A stretch of DNA of 64,000 nucleotides, taken from an uncultured Actinomycetota bacterium (lineage in GTDB: Bacteria > Actinomycetota > Actinomycetes > S36-B12 > UBA10799). A model generated the notes under the pieces. The model ran no database searches. It was given only the letters and a program-made list of their open reading frames with translations, and was not told the origin of the DNA. Below, piece by piece: positions 37,059-48,876 of this stretch; position 1 is the first letter of the stretch, and each line of letters starts with the position of its first letter. The stretch is taken from NCBI GenBank assembly GCA_963732355.1, contig CAVSZD010000011.1, positions 210,527 through 274,526 of the forward strand, read 5' to 3'. The position numbers were made by a program, and so were the translations under genes.

Positions 37059-37967
37059 TCACACCTTCAGATATCGGCGCAATGTGAGCGCGGCTGCAAT
37101 GGCAGCGATAAGAATTCCCGTGAAGAACACCACCGGCAGGATCAGGATTACCTGGTCCCACGACACGAAAGCCGTGAACTGGTACGACGGCGCCAGGACG
37201 TTGTCGATCAAGAAGACCTTGGTTGCCACGATGGCCCCGACCGCGATGAGTCCGCCCACAGCCGCCGAGAAGGCAGCTTCCAACAGGAACGGCATCCTGA
37301 TCATGAAGTTGCTGGCCCCCACCAGCCGCATGATCCCGACCTCTCGACGGCGGGCGTGGGCGGCGACTCTGATCGTGTTGATCACAAGCAAAGCCGTGAC
37401 CACCAGCATCGCCACCGCGACGGACAGTGCGATGACTTGCAAACCGTTCAGTAATCGGAAGAACCGATCAAGCAGCTGGCGCTGGTCCTGGACCTGTTCG
37501 ACACCGGGGCGACCCGCGAAGGCCGCGGCGATCACCTCGTACTTGGTCGGATCGGACAACTTGACCCGGAAGGACTCCGGCAAGGCATCCGGCGTGACGT
37601 TCTGCGCGATCGGCGAATCGGCGAACTGCTCGATGAAGTGCTGGTAGGCCTCTTCTTTGGACTCGTAGTAGATGTCCTGGACCAGCGGGCGCAGGGCGTT
37701 CAATTCCTGCTCGATCTCGGCGCGGACCTCCGGGGTGACGGCCCCCAAGGCACAGGCCGGCTCCGCCGAATTCGCCCCGCACAAGAAGATCGACACCTCG
37801 ACGCGGTCGTACCAGAAGTCCTTCATGGAGTCGACCTGCGCCCGAACCAGCAACCCGGCACCGAAGAGCGTCAAAGAGACGGCCACCGTGATGATCACGG
37901 CGAAGGTCATCGTGAGATTGCGGCGAAGCCCCTGGAAGGTCTCGCTGAGAATGAATCGAAGCTTCAC
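37059..37967 (-). CDS. ftsX: Cell division permease-like protein FtsX
   Basis: [17 protein letters not shown].., four TM segments and an extracytoplasmic loop. 4-nt overlap with ftsE. Confidence 0.9.
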   Translation of the reverse strand: MKLRFILSETFQGLRRNLTMTFAVIITVAVSLTLFGAGLLVRAQVDSMKDFWYDRVEVSIFLCGANSAEPACALGAVTPEVRAEIEQELNALRPLVQDIYYESKEEAYQHFIEQFADSPIAQNVTPDALPESFRVKLSDPTKYEVIAAAFAGRPGVEQVQDQRQLLDRFFRLLNGLQVIALSVAVAMLVVTALLVINTIRVAAHARRREVGIMRLVGASNFMIRMPFLLEAAFSAAVGGLIAVGAIVATKVFLIDNVLAPSYQFTAFVSWDQVILILPVVFFTGILIAAIAAALTLRRYLKV

Positions 37968-38695
37968 GGCTGGTGATCCTGCCCGTACACACCGCGCGCC
38001 TCGTCGCGGACCATGACACCGGCATCCAGTTCGATCACGCGTTTTCGCATCTGGTCGACGATGGCCGCGTCGTGCGTGGCCATGATCACCGTGGTGCCCA
38101 CCCGGTTGATCCGGTCGAGCAATTTCATGATCCCGACGCTGGTGGCGGGGTCAAGGTTGCCCGTCGGCTCGTCGGCCAGCAGCAGCGCCGGACGGTTGAC
38201 GAAAGCGCGCGCGATGGCTACCCGCTGCTGCTCACCTCCCGAGAGCTGATCGGGGAAACGGCCCATCTTGTCAGCCAGCCCGACGAGGTCGAGGACCTCG
38301 GGGACCGACCGCTCGATGACTGCGTTCTTGCGGCCCAGCACCTGCAAGGTGAAGGCGACGTTCTGGTAGACGGTCTTGTTCTGCAGGAGCCGGAAGTCCT
38401 GAAACACGGCCCCCATGCTCCGGCGCAGTTGCGGCACCTTCCAGCGCGAGAGCTTGCCCACGTCCTTGCCCGCCACAACGACGCGGCCCACTGTGGGCTT
38501 CTCCTCACGCAGGATGAGCCGCAGAAAGGTGGATTTCCCGGATCCAGACGTCCCTACCAGGAACACGAATTCACCGGGATCGACATGCATGGAGATGTCT
38601 TGGAGCGCTGGGCGGTTGCGCTTGTCGTAGCGCTTGGTGACGCGCTCGAAGGTGATCAATTGTCCCCACCTGGTGTGTTGGCCCTGACTGGTCAA
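37964..38695 (-). CDS. ftsE: Cell division ATP-binding protein FtsE
   Basis: [10 protein letters not shown], Walker [10 protein letters not shown], signature [14 protein letters not shown], Walker B LLLADEPT. The start is uncertain (TTG at 38695 or 38659). Confidence 0.9.
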   Translation of the reverse strand: MTSQGQHTRWGQLITFERVTKRYDKRNRPALQDISMHVDPGEFVFLVGTSGSGKSTFLRLILREEKPTVGRVVVAGKDVGKLSRWKVPQLRRSMGAVFQDFRLLQNKTVYQNVAFTLQVLGRKNAVIERSVPEVLDLVGLADKMGRFPDQLSGGEQQRVAIARAFVNRPALLLADEPTGNLDPATSVGIMKLLDRINRVGTTVIMATHDAAIVDQMRKRVIELDAGVMVRDEARGVYGQDHQP

Positions 38696-38752
38696 GTCTA
38701 GGCACGGCTGCTCGCAACGCCGGTCAGGATCGCCGTAAGCAGAAGGTCAGAA

Positions 38753-39865
38753 TCAGTTCGGGGACTGCTGCTGGCGCCGCCAGCGGATGCCCGCCTCGAC
38801 GAACTCGTCGATCTCGCCGTCGAGAACCGCAGCCGTGTTGCCGGTCTCAACCTCGGTCCGCAGGTCCTTGACCATCTGGTAAGGGTGCAGAACATACGAG
38901 CGCATCTGGTTGCCCCATGAGCCCGAGGAATCCCCCTTGAGGGCGTCCATCTTGGCCTGCTCCTCCTGCCGCTGACGTTCGAGCAACTTCGCCTGCAGGA
39001 CCGCCATCGCCGTGGCCTTGTTCTGCAACTGCGAGCGCTCGTTCTGGCAGCTCACGACGATCCCGGTGGGCAGGTGGGTCAGACGCACCGCTGAGTCCGT
39101 GGTGTTGACGCCCTGCCCCCCGGGCCCGGATGAACGGTAGACGTCCACCCGAAGTTCGTCCTCGGGGATCTCGATGCTCTCGGTCTTCTCGACCACAGGG
39201 ATCACCTCGACCTCGGCGAAGGAGGTCTGGCGACGGCCCTGGTTGTCGAAGGGACTGATCCGCACGAGCCGGTGGGTGCCCTGCTCGACGCTGAGCGTGC
39301 CGTATGCGAACGGCGCCTTGACCGCGAAGGTCGCTGACTTGATGCCGGCCTCTTCGGCGTAGGAGGTCTCGTAGACCTCCACCGACCAGCCATGGCGCTC
39401 GCAGTAGCGCCCGTACATGCGCAGGAGCATCTCCGCCCAGTCGGCCGCATCGACCCCGCCGGCGCCCGAGCGGATCGACACCAACGCCTCGCGTTCGTCG
39501 TACTCACCGGACAGCAGGGTCCTGACCTCGAACTCGGTGATCTCGGCGTGCAGGGACGCCAACTCGCGTTGCGCCTCTTCCATCGCGCTGGCATCGGCTT
39601 CGGCTTGGGCCAGTTCGACCAGGATCGGCAGGTCGTCGACACGCTGACGCAGGACCATGACCTTGCGCCGCTCCTGCTGCAGGTACGACAACCGCGAGGT
39701 GATCGCCTGTGCCTCTTCCGGGTCGTCCCAAAGGTTCGGCGCCGAGGCCTGCTGCTCAAGTTCGGAGATGTCAACCTCGAGCCGGGGAACATCTATGACC
39801 GCCTCGATCTGCTGCAGCACAGCGTCGATGGCGGCTATCTGTTCGGCAATGTCAAGGTCGGCCAC
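38753..39865 (-). CDS. prfB: Peptide chain release factor 2 (single uninterrupted ORF)
   Basis: SPF motif ([16 protein letters not shown]), GGQ motif ([16 protein letters not shown]). GTG start. No internal in-frame stop or frameshift site. Confidence 0.9.
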   Translation of the reverse strand: MADLDIAEQIAAIDAVLQQIEAVIDVPRLEVDISELEQQASAPNLWDDPEEAQAITSRLSYLQQERRKVMVLRQRVDDLPILVELAQAEADASAMEEAQRELASLHAEITEFEVRTLLSGEYDEREALVSIRSGAGGVDAADWAEMLLRMYGRYCERHGWSVEVYETSYAEEAGIKSATFAVKAPFAYGTLSVEQGTHRLVRISPFDNQGRRQTSFAEVEVIPVVEKTESIEIPEDELRVDVYRSSGPGGQGVNTTDSAVRLTHLPTGIVVSCQNERSQLQNKATAMAVLQAKLLERQRQEEQAKMDALKGDSSGSWGNQMRSYVLHPYQMVKDLRTEVETGNTAAVLDGEIDEFVEAGIRWRRQQQSPN

Positions 39866-39889
39866 CTTCGTAGGGTAACCGTGGCCGCG

Positions 39890-40276
39890 CTACCAGTTTG
39901 CGACGTACCTCTCCTGCTTGTCCTTGAACGCACCCACCAGGATCATGATGAAGTCGATCAGCGTGCCGATCCCGAACAGGCCGCCGGTCAACAGCCACAG
40001 AACGCCGGTACCGATCTTGCCGACGTAGAAGCGGTGGATGCCTGCGACAAGGACGAAGCCAAGCGCACACAGCAGGACTGCAGCCAGGCGCGACTTCGGT
40101 GAGGCGGGGCGACCTTCGGAGTCGACCATGGGCTTCCCGTCCGGGTACATGGGCACACCTGCCGGCGCCGATTGAACGGGGGCCGGCGCCGGAGGGGGCG
40201 GGGGCGGGGGGACGCTGCTGCTCTGCGGGTTCTGCTGGGGCTCGGGGCTCTGAGTCATGGGCCATACCCTACCCAT
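39890..40276 (-). CDS. TM2 domain-containing membrane protein with Pro-rich N-terminus
   Basis: [49 protein letters not shown] is TM2-like. An alternative ATG lies at 40258. Confidence 0.7.
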   Translation of the reverse strand: MGRVWPMTQSPEPQQNPQSSSVPPPPPPPAPAPVQSAPAGVPMYPDGKPMVDSEGRPASPKSRLAAVLLCALGFVLVAGIHRFYVGKIGTGVLWLLTGGLFGIGTLIDFIMILVGAFKDKQERYVANW

Positions 40277-40282
40277 CGCAGC

Positions 40283-41335
40283 CTAAAGTGCCAGCAATTC
40301 GGGCTTGGCCGCGAGTTCCTCGGCGATGCGCACAACAGCTGATGCCGCTTTGGGCACCTGCGCCCCGAGTCGGTAACTGGGCGCCAGTTCAACGGTGACG
40401 AACCATCCCTGGGTGTTGCGGGCGGTCCAGCGGCTCATCGTGCCCGGATACCATTTCCCGCAGTTGGTGGGCCGGCCAGGCTGCTTCAGGCCGATGAGGT
40501 CGGCCGTGCGCCGGACCCAGAACACGGAGCGCTGGTCACACACACTGAGCACCGTGTCCCACGGCTGGTGGAAACTCAAAGTACCCGTCGGCTGCAACCT
40601 CTGGATGAACCGCATCATCGCTTTGGTCTCGGGTTCACTGCCGGCCGCTCGGCCGGAGCGGTACTGCCGCGCCGACCAGGTCCCCGGGAAGTTGCGGTTC
40701 AGGTCCACCCCTCGGGCGTTGTAGCGGTCGCCCCTCGCCGCCCCGTCGGGGTTCATGGTCCGGATCGTCCACAACTGGTAATCGCTGTCCTGCGCGATCG
40801 TGCGCTTTCGGATCCGGTCGGTAACCCGAAGCCCCGCTGGCTCACTGCCGTGCATCTGGCCGACGGAGAGAAGCACCGTCACCGCCAGCGGGTTGCCCTG
40901 CCGCACCGCCCAGATCTTGCGCCCCTGGGCGGAGCGCCCGACGAGCACCTTCGCGCTGGGGAAGATCGGCTCGGCGAGCACGGCCCTAAGCCGGATCAGA
41001 CCGCTGGGAATGGACGGCTCACTGGTGGTGACGCCGTCGGTGGCCGTAACCGTGAAGCTATAGCTGGTGCGGTCGGGCAAGGAGTCGAAGAAGCAGGTGG
41101 GGGTCGCCGACTCACACGTCTGTCCAGAGGGATCAGCCGTGGCGGTGTACGACGTGGCACCCGCGACGGGCTCCCACGAGACGACCAGACCGGTCCCGGA
41201 CTGCTGACCGGTCACGCCGGTAGGGGCCATCAGCGTCGCGGGGGCAACCACGGGCGCTGGCTCATCAGCCGCTGCCGGAGTCGCACCGGCGGCCACCAGC
41301 GCCATCAGCGCTGCGGGCAGAACCAGGTGTTTCAT
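40283..41335 (-). CDS. Secreted M14 zinc carboxypeptidase (MpaA-like) with N-terminal Fn3-like domain
   Basis: ATG 41335 gives MKHLVLPAALMALVAAGATPAAA. M14 motifs QMHGSEPAG, MNPDGAA and VDLNRNFP. Confidence 0.75.
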   Translation of the reverse strand: MKHLVLPAALMALVAAGATPAAADEPAPVVAPATLMAPTGVTGQQSGTGLVVSWEPVAGATSYTATADPSGQTCESATPTCFFDSLPDRTSYSFTVTATDGVTTSEPSIPSGLIRLRAVLAEPIFPSAKVLVGRSAQGRKIWAVRQGNPLAVTVLLSVGQMHGSEPAGLRVTDRIRKRTIAQDSDYQLWTIRTMNPDGAARGDRYNARGVDLNRNFPGTWSARQYRSGRAAGSEPETKAMMRFIQRLQPTGTLSFHQPWDTVLSVCDQRSVFWVRRTADLIGLKQPGRPTNCGKWYPGTMSRWTARNTQGWFVTVELAPSYRLGAQVPKAASAVVRIAEELAAKPELLAL

Positions 41336-41351
41336 CGCACCACCGTACGTC

Positions 41352-41993
41352 ATGGATCTTGATACGTACATCTGTTCGACATACAGTGGCCATGTGCAAG
41401 CAAGCATCCGTCTGGACAGTCACAGCGCGGACCCCGCCCGACTGTCGTCCTTGCGGCGCACCGACCTGGGTGCCGGAGCCTGGGTGGATCATCTCGCCGG
41501 CTGGGTCAGCGACGACGTCGAGATCTTCGACGTGCTCACCGAACATGTCCCCTGGCGTCAGGATTCCCGACCTATGTACGACAAGGTTGTGGACGTGCCC
41601 AGGCTGACCGCGTGGTGCCGCAACCCCGCCGCTCTGCCCCACCCCAGCCTGGTGCGCGCGTTCGATGCCCTGAACGCCCACTACGGCCCGGAGCCGTTCA
41701 CGACTGCGGGTTTGTGCTGGTACCGCGATGGGCGCGACAGCGTCGCCTGGCACGGCGACACGATCGGCCAACATCGCGAACAGACCGTGATCGCGATCGT
41801 GTCCCTGGGCCAGGCACGCCCGCTGCAGTTACGTCCCCGCGGCGGGGGCAGCAGCCTGTCCTTCAACGTCGGTCACGGCGATCTGTTCGTCATGGGCGGC
41901 ACTTGTCAGACGACCTGGGAACACGCGGTCCCCAAGGTCTCCCACGCAGGTCCGCGCATGAGCGTGCAGTTCCGCCAGGCGGGCGTGGACTGA
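41352..41993 (+). CDS. alkB: AlkB-like 2OG-Fe(II) dioxygenase
   Basis: AWHGDTIG (HxD), WEHAVPK, RMSVQFR. The start is uncertain (GTG 41393 is possible). Confidence 0.7.
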   Translation: MDLDTYICSTYSGHVQASIRLDSHSADPARLSSLRRTDLGAGAWVDHLAGWVSDDVEIFDVLTEHVPWRQDSRPMYDKVVDVPRLTAWCRNPAALPHPSLVRAFDALNAHYGPEPFTTAGLCWYRDGRDSVAWHGDTIGQHREQTVIAIVSLGQARPLQLRPRGGGSSLSFNVGHGDLFVMGGTCQTTWEHAVPKVSHAGPRMSVQFRQAGVD

Positions 41994-41994
41994 A

Positions 41995-44900
41995 TCACAC
42001 ACCCTGCTGGGAGACGTTGCGCAGCAGTCGCAACGCAACTGACACCGTCGCCAGGCTCGGCGGCCCGGAGGCCCGGATCTCGTCCAACGTCCCGCGTGCC
42101 CTCGCCATACCCTCGGGGTTGGCTTTCTCGAACTCCGCGACCCGCTCTTCGGGAGGCAGTGCCGCATCGGTGCGCCTCAGAACCCTGACAGTGAGACCGG
42201 CCTGGGCGGCGTACAGATCCTGCCGGACAGCACCTCGGGCCAATGCCGACCAGCGATCAGCGCGGTCCAGGTTGGAGATCTGCATCAGCAGAGCATCGAC
42301 GCCGAAGCGTTCGGACACTGCGAAGTAGAGGTCCGCGACAGAGGCCGGGTCCTCCTTCTCGCGCGCGGCGATATCGGCTACGTCGAGCAGCGAGTACTGG
42401 TCCAGGCAGGCGGCCACACGAATTGCCAGTGGCTCCGGAGCACCGAGGGCCACGAAGTCGTCGGCACGGTCCTTCAGTCGCTGCTGCTCGGTCCCGCGCA
42501 AGTAGTCGGGCACCTTGGCGGTCAGAGCGTGCACGACCGGATGCACACCCTCGATGAGCTTGGATACGTCGAGCACACCGCCGCGGGTCGTCAGGACCCA
42601 CCGCACCGAGCGGTCGAGCAACCGCCGGACCTCCAGGTACAGGGCGTTCTGGGCCGCGGTCGGAGCGACCCGGTCCAATGCCTCGATCTCCTGCCAGATC
42701 CCGTCGAGATCGAAGATCTGGCGCACGGCCACATAGGCCCTGGCGATCTCCTCGATCGACGCGCCGGTCTCCTCCACTGCACGGTGCACGAACGTGATGC
42801 CGCCGTGGTTCACGATGTCGTTGGCGAGCATCGTGATGACGATCTCCTTGCGCAACGGATGTTCATCGAGCCGATCGCCGTAACGCGAACGCAGGTCCGG
42901 CGGGAAGTATTCGGCCAACGCATCCTTCGCCCAGCCGTCGGCGTCCACCGAAGTCGCCATCAGATCATCGGTGAGCGCGATCTTCGACCAGGCCAGCAGC
43001 ACCGACAACTCCGGGGAACTCAGCCCGGTCCCCAACTTGATGCGCTCGGTGATCTGATCGTCGGTCGGTAGGAACTCGATCTGACGGTCGAGCAGACCGC
43101 GGGCCTCCAGCGCCGACATGACACGTTGATGGACCGGCAACAGGGCTCCCCGTTGCGACCGCCCGTTGCTGAGCAACATGTTCTGCCAGTAGTTGTTGGC
43201 CAGAACCAGATCCCCGACATCCTCGGTCATGGCGGCCAGCAACTCGTTGCGCTGCTTGGTGGTCAGGTCACCCACGGCCACGATCCGGTCGAGCAGGATC
43301 TTGATGTTGACCTCGTGGTCACTGGTGTCCACACCTGCTGAGTTGTCGATGGCATCGGTGTTGAGCTGCACGCCGTTCTCGGCGGCTTCGATGCGTCCCA
43401 ACTGGGTCAGCCCAAGGTTGCCGCCCTCCCCCACCACCTTGCAGCGCAATTGTGAGCCCGTGACCCGAATCGCGTCGTTGGCCTTGTCGCCGACCTCGGA
43501 GTTGCTCTCCGTCGCCGACCTGACGTAGGTCCCGATGCCGCCGTTCCAAAGCAGATCCACCGGGGCTTGCAGGATGGCATGCAGCAGATCGTTGGGAGTC
43601 ATGCTCTTCACACCCTCGGCGATCCCGAGGACCTTGCGCACCTGTTTGCTGATCGGGACGGATTTCAGGGATCTCGAGTAGACACCGCCACCGGAACTGA
43701 TGAGCTTCTCGTTGTAGTCGGCCCAGCTGGAACGACTCAGTTCGAACAGGCGCTTGCGCTCCTTGAACGACTTCGCCGCATCCGGATCGGGGTCCAGGAA
43801 GATGTCGCGGTGGTCGAAGGCCGCGACCAGCCTGATGTGCTCGCTGAGAAGCATGCCGTTGCCGAAGACGTCGCCGCTCATGTCGCCGACGCCCACCACG
43901 GTGAAGTCCTGGCTCTGGGTGTCCACGCCCATCTCCAGGAAGTGCCGCTTGACCGCTTCCCAGGCCCCCCGGGCGGTGATGCCCATCGCCTTGTGGTCGT
44001 AGCCCACCGAACCACCGGAGGCGAATGCGTCGCCGAGCCAGAACCCGTACTCCAGCGCCTTCGAGTTGGCGATGTCCGAGAACGTCGCTGTTCCCTTGTC
44101 GGCCGCAACCACCAAATACGTGTCGTCGCCGTCGCGCCGATGAAGATCGGCCGGCGGTACGACCTCGCCGTCGACGAGGTTGTCCGTGAGATCCAGCAAG
44201 CCCGAGATGAACGTCTTGTAGCAGTCGATGCCCTCGGCCATGAATGCTTCGCGGTTGCTCATCGGCGGCGGGTTCTTGACGATGAACCCTCCCTTGGAAC
44301 CGACCGGGACGATCACGGAGTTCTTGACCATCTGGGCTTTGACCAGCCCCAGCACCTCGGTCCGGAAGTCCTCGCGGCGGTCGCTCCAGCGCAGCCCTCC
44401 GCGCGCGACCTTGCCGAAGCGCAGGTGCACCCCGGACACTCGCGGCGAGGTCACGAAGATCTCGAACATGGGTCTGGGCAGCGGCATCCCCGGAACTTCG
44501 CGCGGGTCGATCTTGAACGAGAGCCAGGACTTGGCCTTGCCGTCGACACTCTGGTAGTAGTTCGTCCGCAGGATCGCCAGGATGATGCCGAGCAACTGCC
44601 GGATCACCCTGTCGTCGTCCAGTGAGGCCACCGAATCAAGGGCCGTCAGAACTTCCTGATGCAAGGACTTGGCCAGCTTGTCGTCGAAGTTGGCCGGATG
44701 ATGGCGCGCCTCGAACAGGTCGACCAGCAACCTCACGATCTCGGTGTGACTGACGAGGACCTCGGTCATGTATTGCGCGGAGAACGGAGTCCCGATCTGA
44801 CGGGCGTACTCCACCCAGGCCCGGACGGCGGCGACCTCGCGCCAGTCGAGTCCGCCGGTGGTCACCAGTGTGTTCAGCCCGTCCGCATCGGCCTGCATGC

Positions 44901-46828
44901 CCCAGCACGCCAGGAACGCCTCGCTGAAGCGCTGGGTGAACGTGGCGTCGTTGGGCATCTCTTCATCCGGCAGTCGAAGCCCGAAGTCGTAGATGTGCCG
45001 CGATACGCCATCGCGCCCGGTCACGTTGTAGGGACGCTCGTCGAGCACCTCCACCCCGAAGCCGTTCAGGATCGGGATGACCGATGCCAGCGAGACCGGG
45101 GGGCCCGCCCGGTAGATCGTGAACCGGCGATCCCGCAGGGATGTCACGACAGCTGGCAATGCCAGTGACACAGAGATCCCGGCATCACCGAGGGCGTCGA
45201 GGTTCACGATGTCGGCGACCGCCTCCCGGGCCGCCGCGTCTTCCTTGTACGCCTCCGGGAAGGTGCCGCCGAACTTGCCCAGCAGGCTGCCCGCCCGCTC
45301 CTCGCCGACGGCGGTGACCAGGGACGCCGTCAGATGGTCGTCCCAGGACTGCACTGCCTGGGCCAGTTCGGCCTCCAGTGCTGCCTCATCGACGTCGGGG
45401 ATTGGAACTGCCCGGGGCATGTGGACCACGATGTGGAGCCGGGCGAGCACGGACTCGGTCAGCAGTGCGGTGTGATCGACGGACTCACCACCGTAGGCGG
45501 CCAGCAACTTCGACTGCACCCGTTCCCGAACGTGGGTGTTGTACCTGTCACGCGGCAGGTACACCAGGCACGACACGTACCGGCCATACCTGTCCCGGCG
45601 CGAGAACAGTCGAGTCTGACGACGTTGATGGATCTGCAGCACGGCCCGCGCGATGGGGAACAACTCCTCGGCATCGGTCTGGAAGAAGTCGTCGCGCGGG
45701 TAGATCTCGCAGAACTGCAGGAGGTCCTTGCCACTGTGCGTGCCGGGGCCGAATCCGCTGAGTTCGAACAACTCATCCACACGCCGGCGCAGCACGGGAA
45801 TCTGGGTGACCGACTGGTTGTAGGTGCTGGACGTGAAAAGTCCGATGAATCGGTGCTCACCGATGACCTGGCCATCGGCGTCGAACCGCTTGACCCCGAC
45901 GTAGTCCAAGTGGACCGGCCGGTGGACTGTGGAGCGGGAGTTGGCCTTGGTCAGAACCAGCACCCGCGGTTCGGCGGCATGAGCCCGGACCGCCGGCGGC
46001 ATCTCGGAGAAGGACTGCGACTGGACCCGGTCCGAGCGCAGCAGCCCCAGACCTGTGCCGGGCTGACTGACCAGCGCGCGTGGGGTCGGGGTCGCGCACC
46101 AGGTCGTACATGCGGTAGCCCAGGAACGTGTAGTTGCCCTCCGCCAGCCACTGGAGGAACTCGGCTGCCTCCTCTGCGTACCCATCGGGCACCGACGGCG
46201 GCGGGCTCGCACGCAACTCATCAGCAAGGGCGAGCGCCTGCGCGGTCATCCGCTGCCAGTCCTCCACCGCCTCCCGGACGTCGCGCAGGACTTTCAGCAG
46301 GATCGACTTGAGTTCCTCATGGCGCGCAGGGTCGCTGTCCAGGTCGATCTCGAGGTGGATCCACGACTCCCGGATCACGTCGGGGGCCGACTCGTCAACG
46401 GGATTCGGCAGAACGGCCTGCAGGCCCCCGGCCACGTCGCGGCGCACCGAGTAGATGGGGTGCGCCACCATGTGCAGCGAGCGACCCGCCTGGGTGATGG
46501 CCGCGACCACTGAGTCCAGCAGGAACGGCATGTCATCGGTGATGACCTCGACCACCGTATGCCCACATGTCCACTCGTTGGCCGCGACCGTCGGGGTGAA
46601 GACGTCCACGACGGCGGTGCCCTGCGGGCGGACCGCGGCCAGACGCAACATGTGAGTTGCCGGTCCGACGACGTCGATCGGGTCCTTGCCGATCAGATCG
46701 TCGGGTGCGACGTCCTCGTAGAAACGAGGCAAGAAGTCGGCCAGGTCGACCTCGAACTCGGCGGGTTGTGAACGCCCGGCCACCTCGTGGGCCGCTTCGA
46801 GCAATTCGGTCAGTGCATCTTCTGCCAC
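41995..46828 (-). pseudogene. gdh: Large NAD-specific glutamate dehydrogenase (~1610 aa class), frame broken once (~46073-46095)
   Basis: ORF 45857..46828 holds the N-terminal part up to ..NYTFLGYRMYDLVRDPDP. ORF 41995..46227 continues with ALVSQPGTGLGLLRSDR.. through to the C-terminus. Deleting one C from GACCCCGACCCCACG joins them. Confidence 0.85.
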
Positions 46829-46838
46829 GGTTCTCTGC

Positions 46839-48467
46839 CTACTTCATGTGGGGGTGGTTGTGATCGGTCGCCGGGACGAACGTCTCCTTGATGGACCTGG
46901 AACTGGTCCATCGCATCAGGTTCTGCGCCGCACCGGCCTTGTCGTTGGTCCCGGATGCCCTTCCGCCGCCGAAGGGCTGCTGGCCCACAACGGCCCCCGT
47001 GGGCTTGTCGTTGATGTAGAAGTTGCCGGCCGCGTAACGCAGGAACTCCCGGGCGTGTGCGATGGCAGCACGGTCCTGCGAAATGAACGCACCGGTCAGG
47101 GCGTACTTCGCGATGCCCTCCATCTGCTCGAGTGCGGTGGCGTAGCGCCGGTCGTCGTAGACGTGCACACCGAGCAGCGGCCCGAAGTACTCGTCGGTGA
47201 AGAACTCGTTGCCAGGGTCCTTGCTGAGAGCCACTGTCGGGCGGATGAAGTACCCCTCGCTGTCGTCGTAGGTGCCACCGGCGACAACCGAGACATCCGG
47301 GTTCTTCTTCGCCCGGTCAATGGCCGAGGAGACCTTGGCGAAGGACTTCGCGTCGATCACCGCGGACATGAAGTTGCTGAAGTCGGTCGTCGGTCCCATC
47401 GAAAGGTTCTCGACCTTGTCCAGGAAGTCGTCCTTCATGACCTTCCACACGCTGCGCGGGATATACGCGCGGCTGGCTGCCGAGCACTTCTGCCCCTGGA
47501 ATTCGTAAGCCCCGCGGATCAGGGCGGTCGTGAGGACGTCGGGATCGGCCGAAGGATGGGCGAAGACGAAGTCCTTCCCACCGGTCTCGCCGACCAGTCG
47601 CGGGTAGGTGCGGTACTTGTCGATGTTCTCGCCCACGGTGCGCCACAGCAGATGGAACACCGGCGTGGAACCAGTGAAGTGGATGCCTGCGAGATCGGGG
47701 TCGTACAAAGCCACGTCCGAGACTGCGATGCCGTCACCGGTCACCATGTTGATCACGCCCGGGGGAAGTCCCGCCTCCAGCAGGAGTTCCATGATGTAGT
47801 GCGCGGCGAACTGCTGGGTAGGCGCGGGTTTCCAGACCACGACGTTGCCCATCATGGCCGGCGCGGTCGGAAGGTTCCCTGCGATGGCCGTGAAGTTGAA
47901 GGGCGTGACCGCGTAGACAAAACCCTCCAGGGGCCGGTGGTCGGTCTGGTTCCAGACACCGGGTGAGGAGGCCGGCTGCTCGCGCAGGATTGCGTCGGCG
48001 AACTTGACGTTGAAACGAAGGAAGTCGATGAGTTCGCAGGCGGAGTCGATCTCAGCCTGGAAGGCGGTCTTGGACTGCCCGAGCATGGTGGCGGCGTTGA
48101 GGGTGTCCCGCCAGGGTCCGGCCAGAAGATCGGCGGCCTTCAGGAAGATGGCCGCCCGGTCGTCCCAGGACATCGCCCGCCAACCCGGCGCGGCCTTCTT
48201 CGCCGCCTCGAGCGCCGACGCCGCGTCCTTGCGGGTGGCGTTCTTCATCGAACCAAGGACCCGGGAGTGCGCGTGCGGCTGCACCACCTTGAGCCGCGAC
48301 CCGCCACCCATGGTCCATTTGCCGTCGATGTTCATCGGCAGGTCCATCGACCCCTGGCTCTGCAACTGCGCCAGGCGCGCCTGCAGGGATGCGCGATGCG
48401 GGGAACCCGGTTCGTACAGACGGTTGGGTTCGTTCTCAATCTGGGGGATCTCGGTCACTGCGTCCAT
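46839..48467 (-). CDS. pruA: L-glutamate gamma-semialdehyde (P5C) dehydrogenase
   Basis: ATG 48467 gives MDAVTEIPQIENEPNRLYEPGSP.. Aldehyde dehydrogenase core: FTGSTPVF, ETGGKDF, GQKCSAASR. Confidence 0.9.
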   Translation of the reverse strand: MDAVTEIPQIENEPNRLYEPGSPHRASLQARLAQLQSQGSMDLPMNIDGKWTMGGGSRLKVVQPHAHSRVLGSMKNATRKDAASALEAAKKAAPGWRAMSWDDRAAIFLKAADLLAGPWRDTLNAATMLGQSKTAFQAEIDSACELIDFLRFNVKFADAILREQPASSPGVWNQTDHRPLEGFVYAVTPFNFTAIAGNLPTAPAMMGNVVVWKPAPTQQFAAHYIMELLLEAGLPPGVINMVTGDGIAVSDVALYDPDLAGIHFTGSTPVFHLLWRTVGENIDKYRTYPRLVGETGGKDFVFAHPSADPDVLTTALIRGAYEFQGQKCSAASRAYIPRSVWKVMKDDFLDKVENLSMGPTTDFSNFMSAVIDAKSFAKVSSAIDRAKKNPDVSVVAGGTYDDSEGYFIRPTVALSKDPGNEFFTDEYFGPLLGVHVYDDRRYATALEQMEGIAKYALTGAFISQDRAAIAHAREFLRYAAGNFYINDKPTGAVVGQQPFGGGRASGTNDKAGAAQNLMRWTSSRSIKETFVPATDHNHPHMK

Positions 48468-48504
48468 GCCCCGATACTTCCATCTGATGCGTTTCGATGT
48501 GCGG

Positions 48505-48876
48505 TTACTGCAGGTGCCCGATCTCGTCCACGGCGTACCACTCAAGGTCGTCGACGAACAATGCCGCCCAGTCGGCCACGGGTATGTCCGATGTCGCGGT
48601 CATCGAGGTCAATCCGCCCGGGCTGACCTGGGCGGACTCAGGTGTCACATCCACCGCGATGGTCGCCCTGCGCCGACCGGAGGTCATGGCAGAAACGGTC
48701 GACACCTCTTCGGCAGCCTTCGTCGCGAGGAACTCAAGCTCCTCTTCATCGGCTTCGGGGTTCTGTGCCCGCAGAGCGGTGGTAACACCGTTCATCGCAG
48801 TGCCTGAAGGCACCGAGCCTTCCCGGTACCAGGCGAGGACCTCGGGCAGTGTGCTGGGGATGTAGGCGCGGATCAA
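48505..48876 (-). CDS. Conserved-looking acidic hypothetical protein
   Basis: 123-aa ORF with coding-like composition. 4-nt overlap with the upstream patatin gene stop. I recognise no motif. Confidence 0.5.
   Translation of the reverse strand: MIRAYIPSTLPEVLAWYREGSVPSGTAMNGVTTALRAQNPEADEEELEFLATKAAEEVSTVSAMTSGRRRATIAVDVTPESAQVSPGGLTSMTATSDIPVADWAALFVDDLEWYAVDEIGHLQ

Noticed and set aside
38753-39865. Programmed +1 frameshift site in prfB
   Set aside because: RF2 is encoded by one uninterrupted 370-codon ORF. There is no in-frame UGA near codon 25 and no CUU UGA motif.
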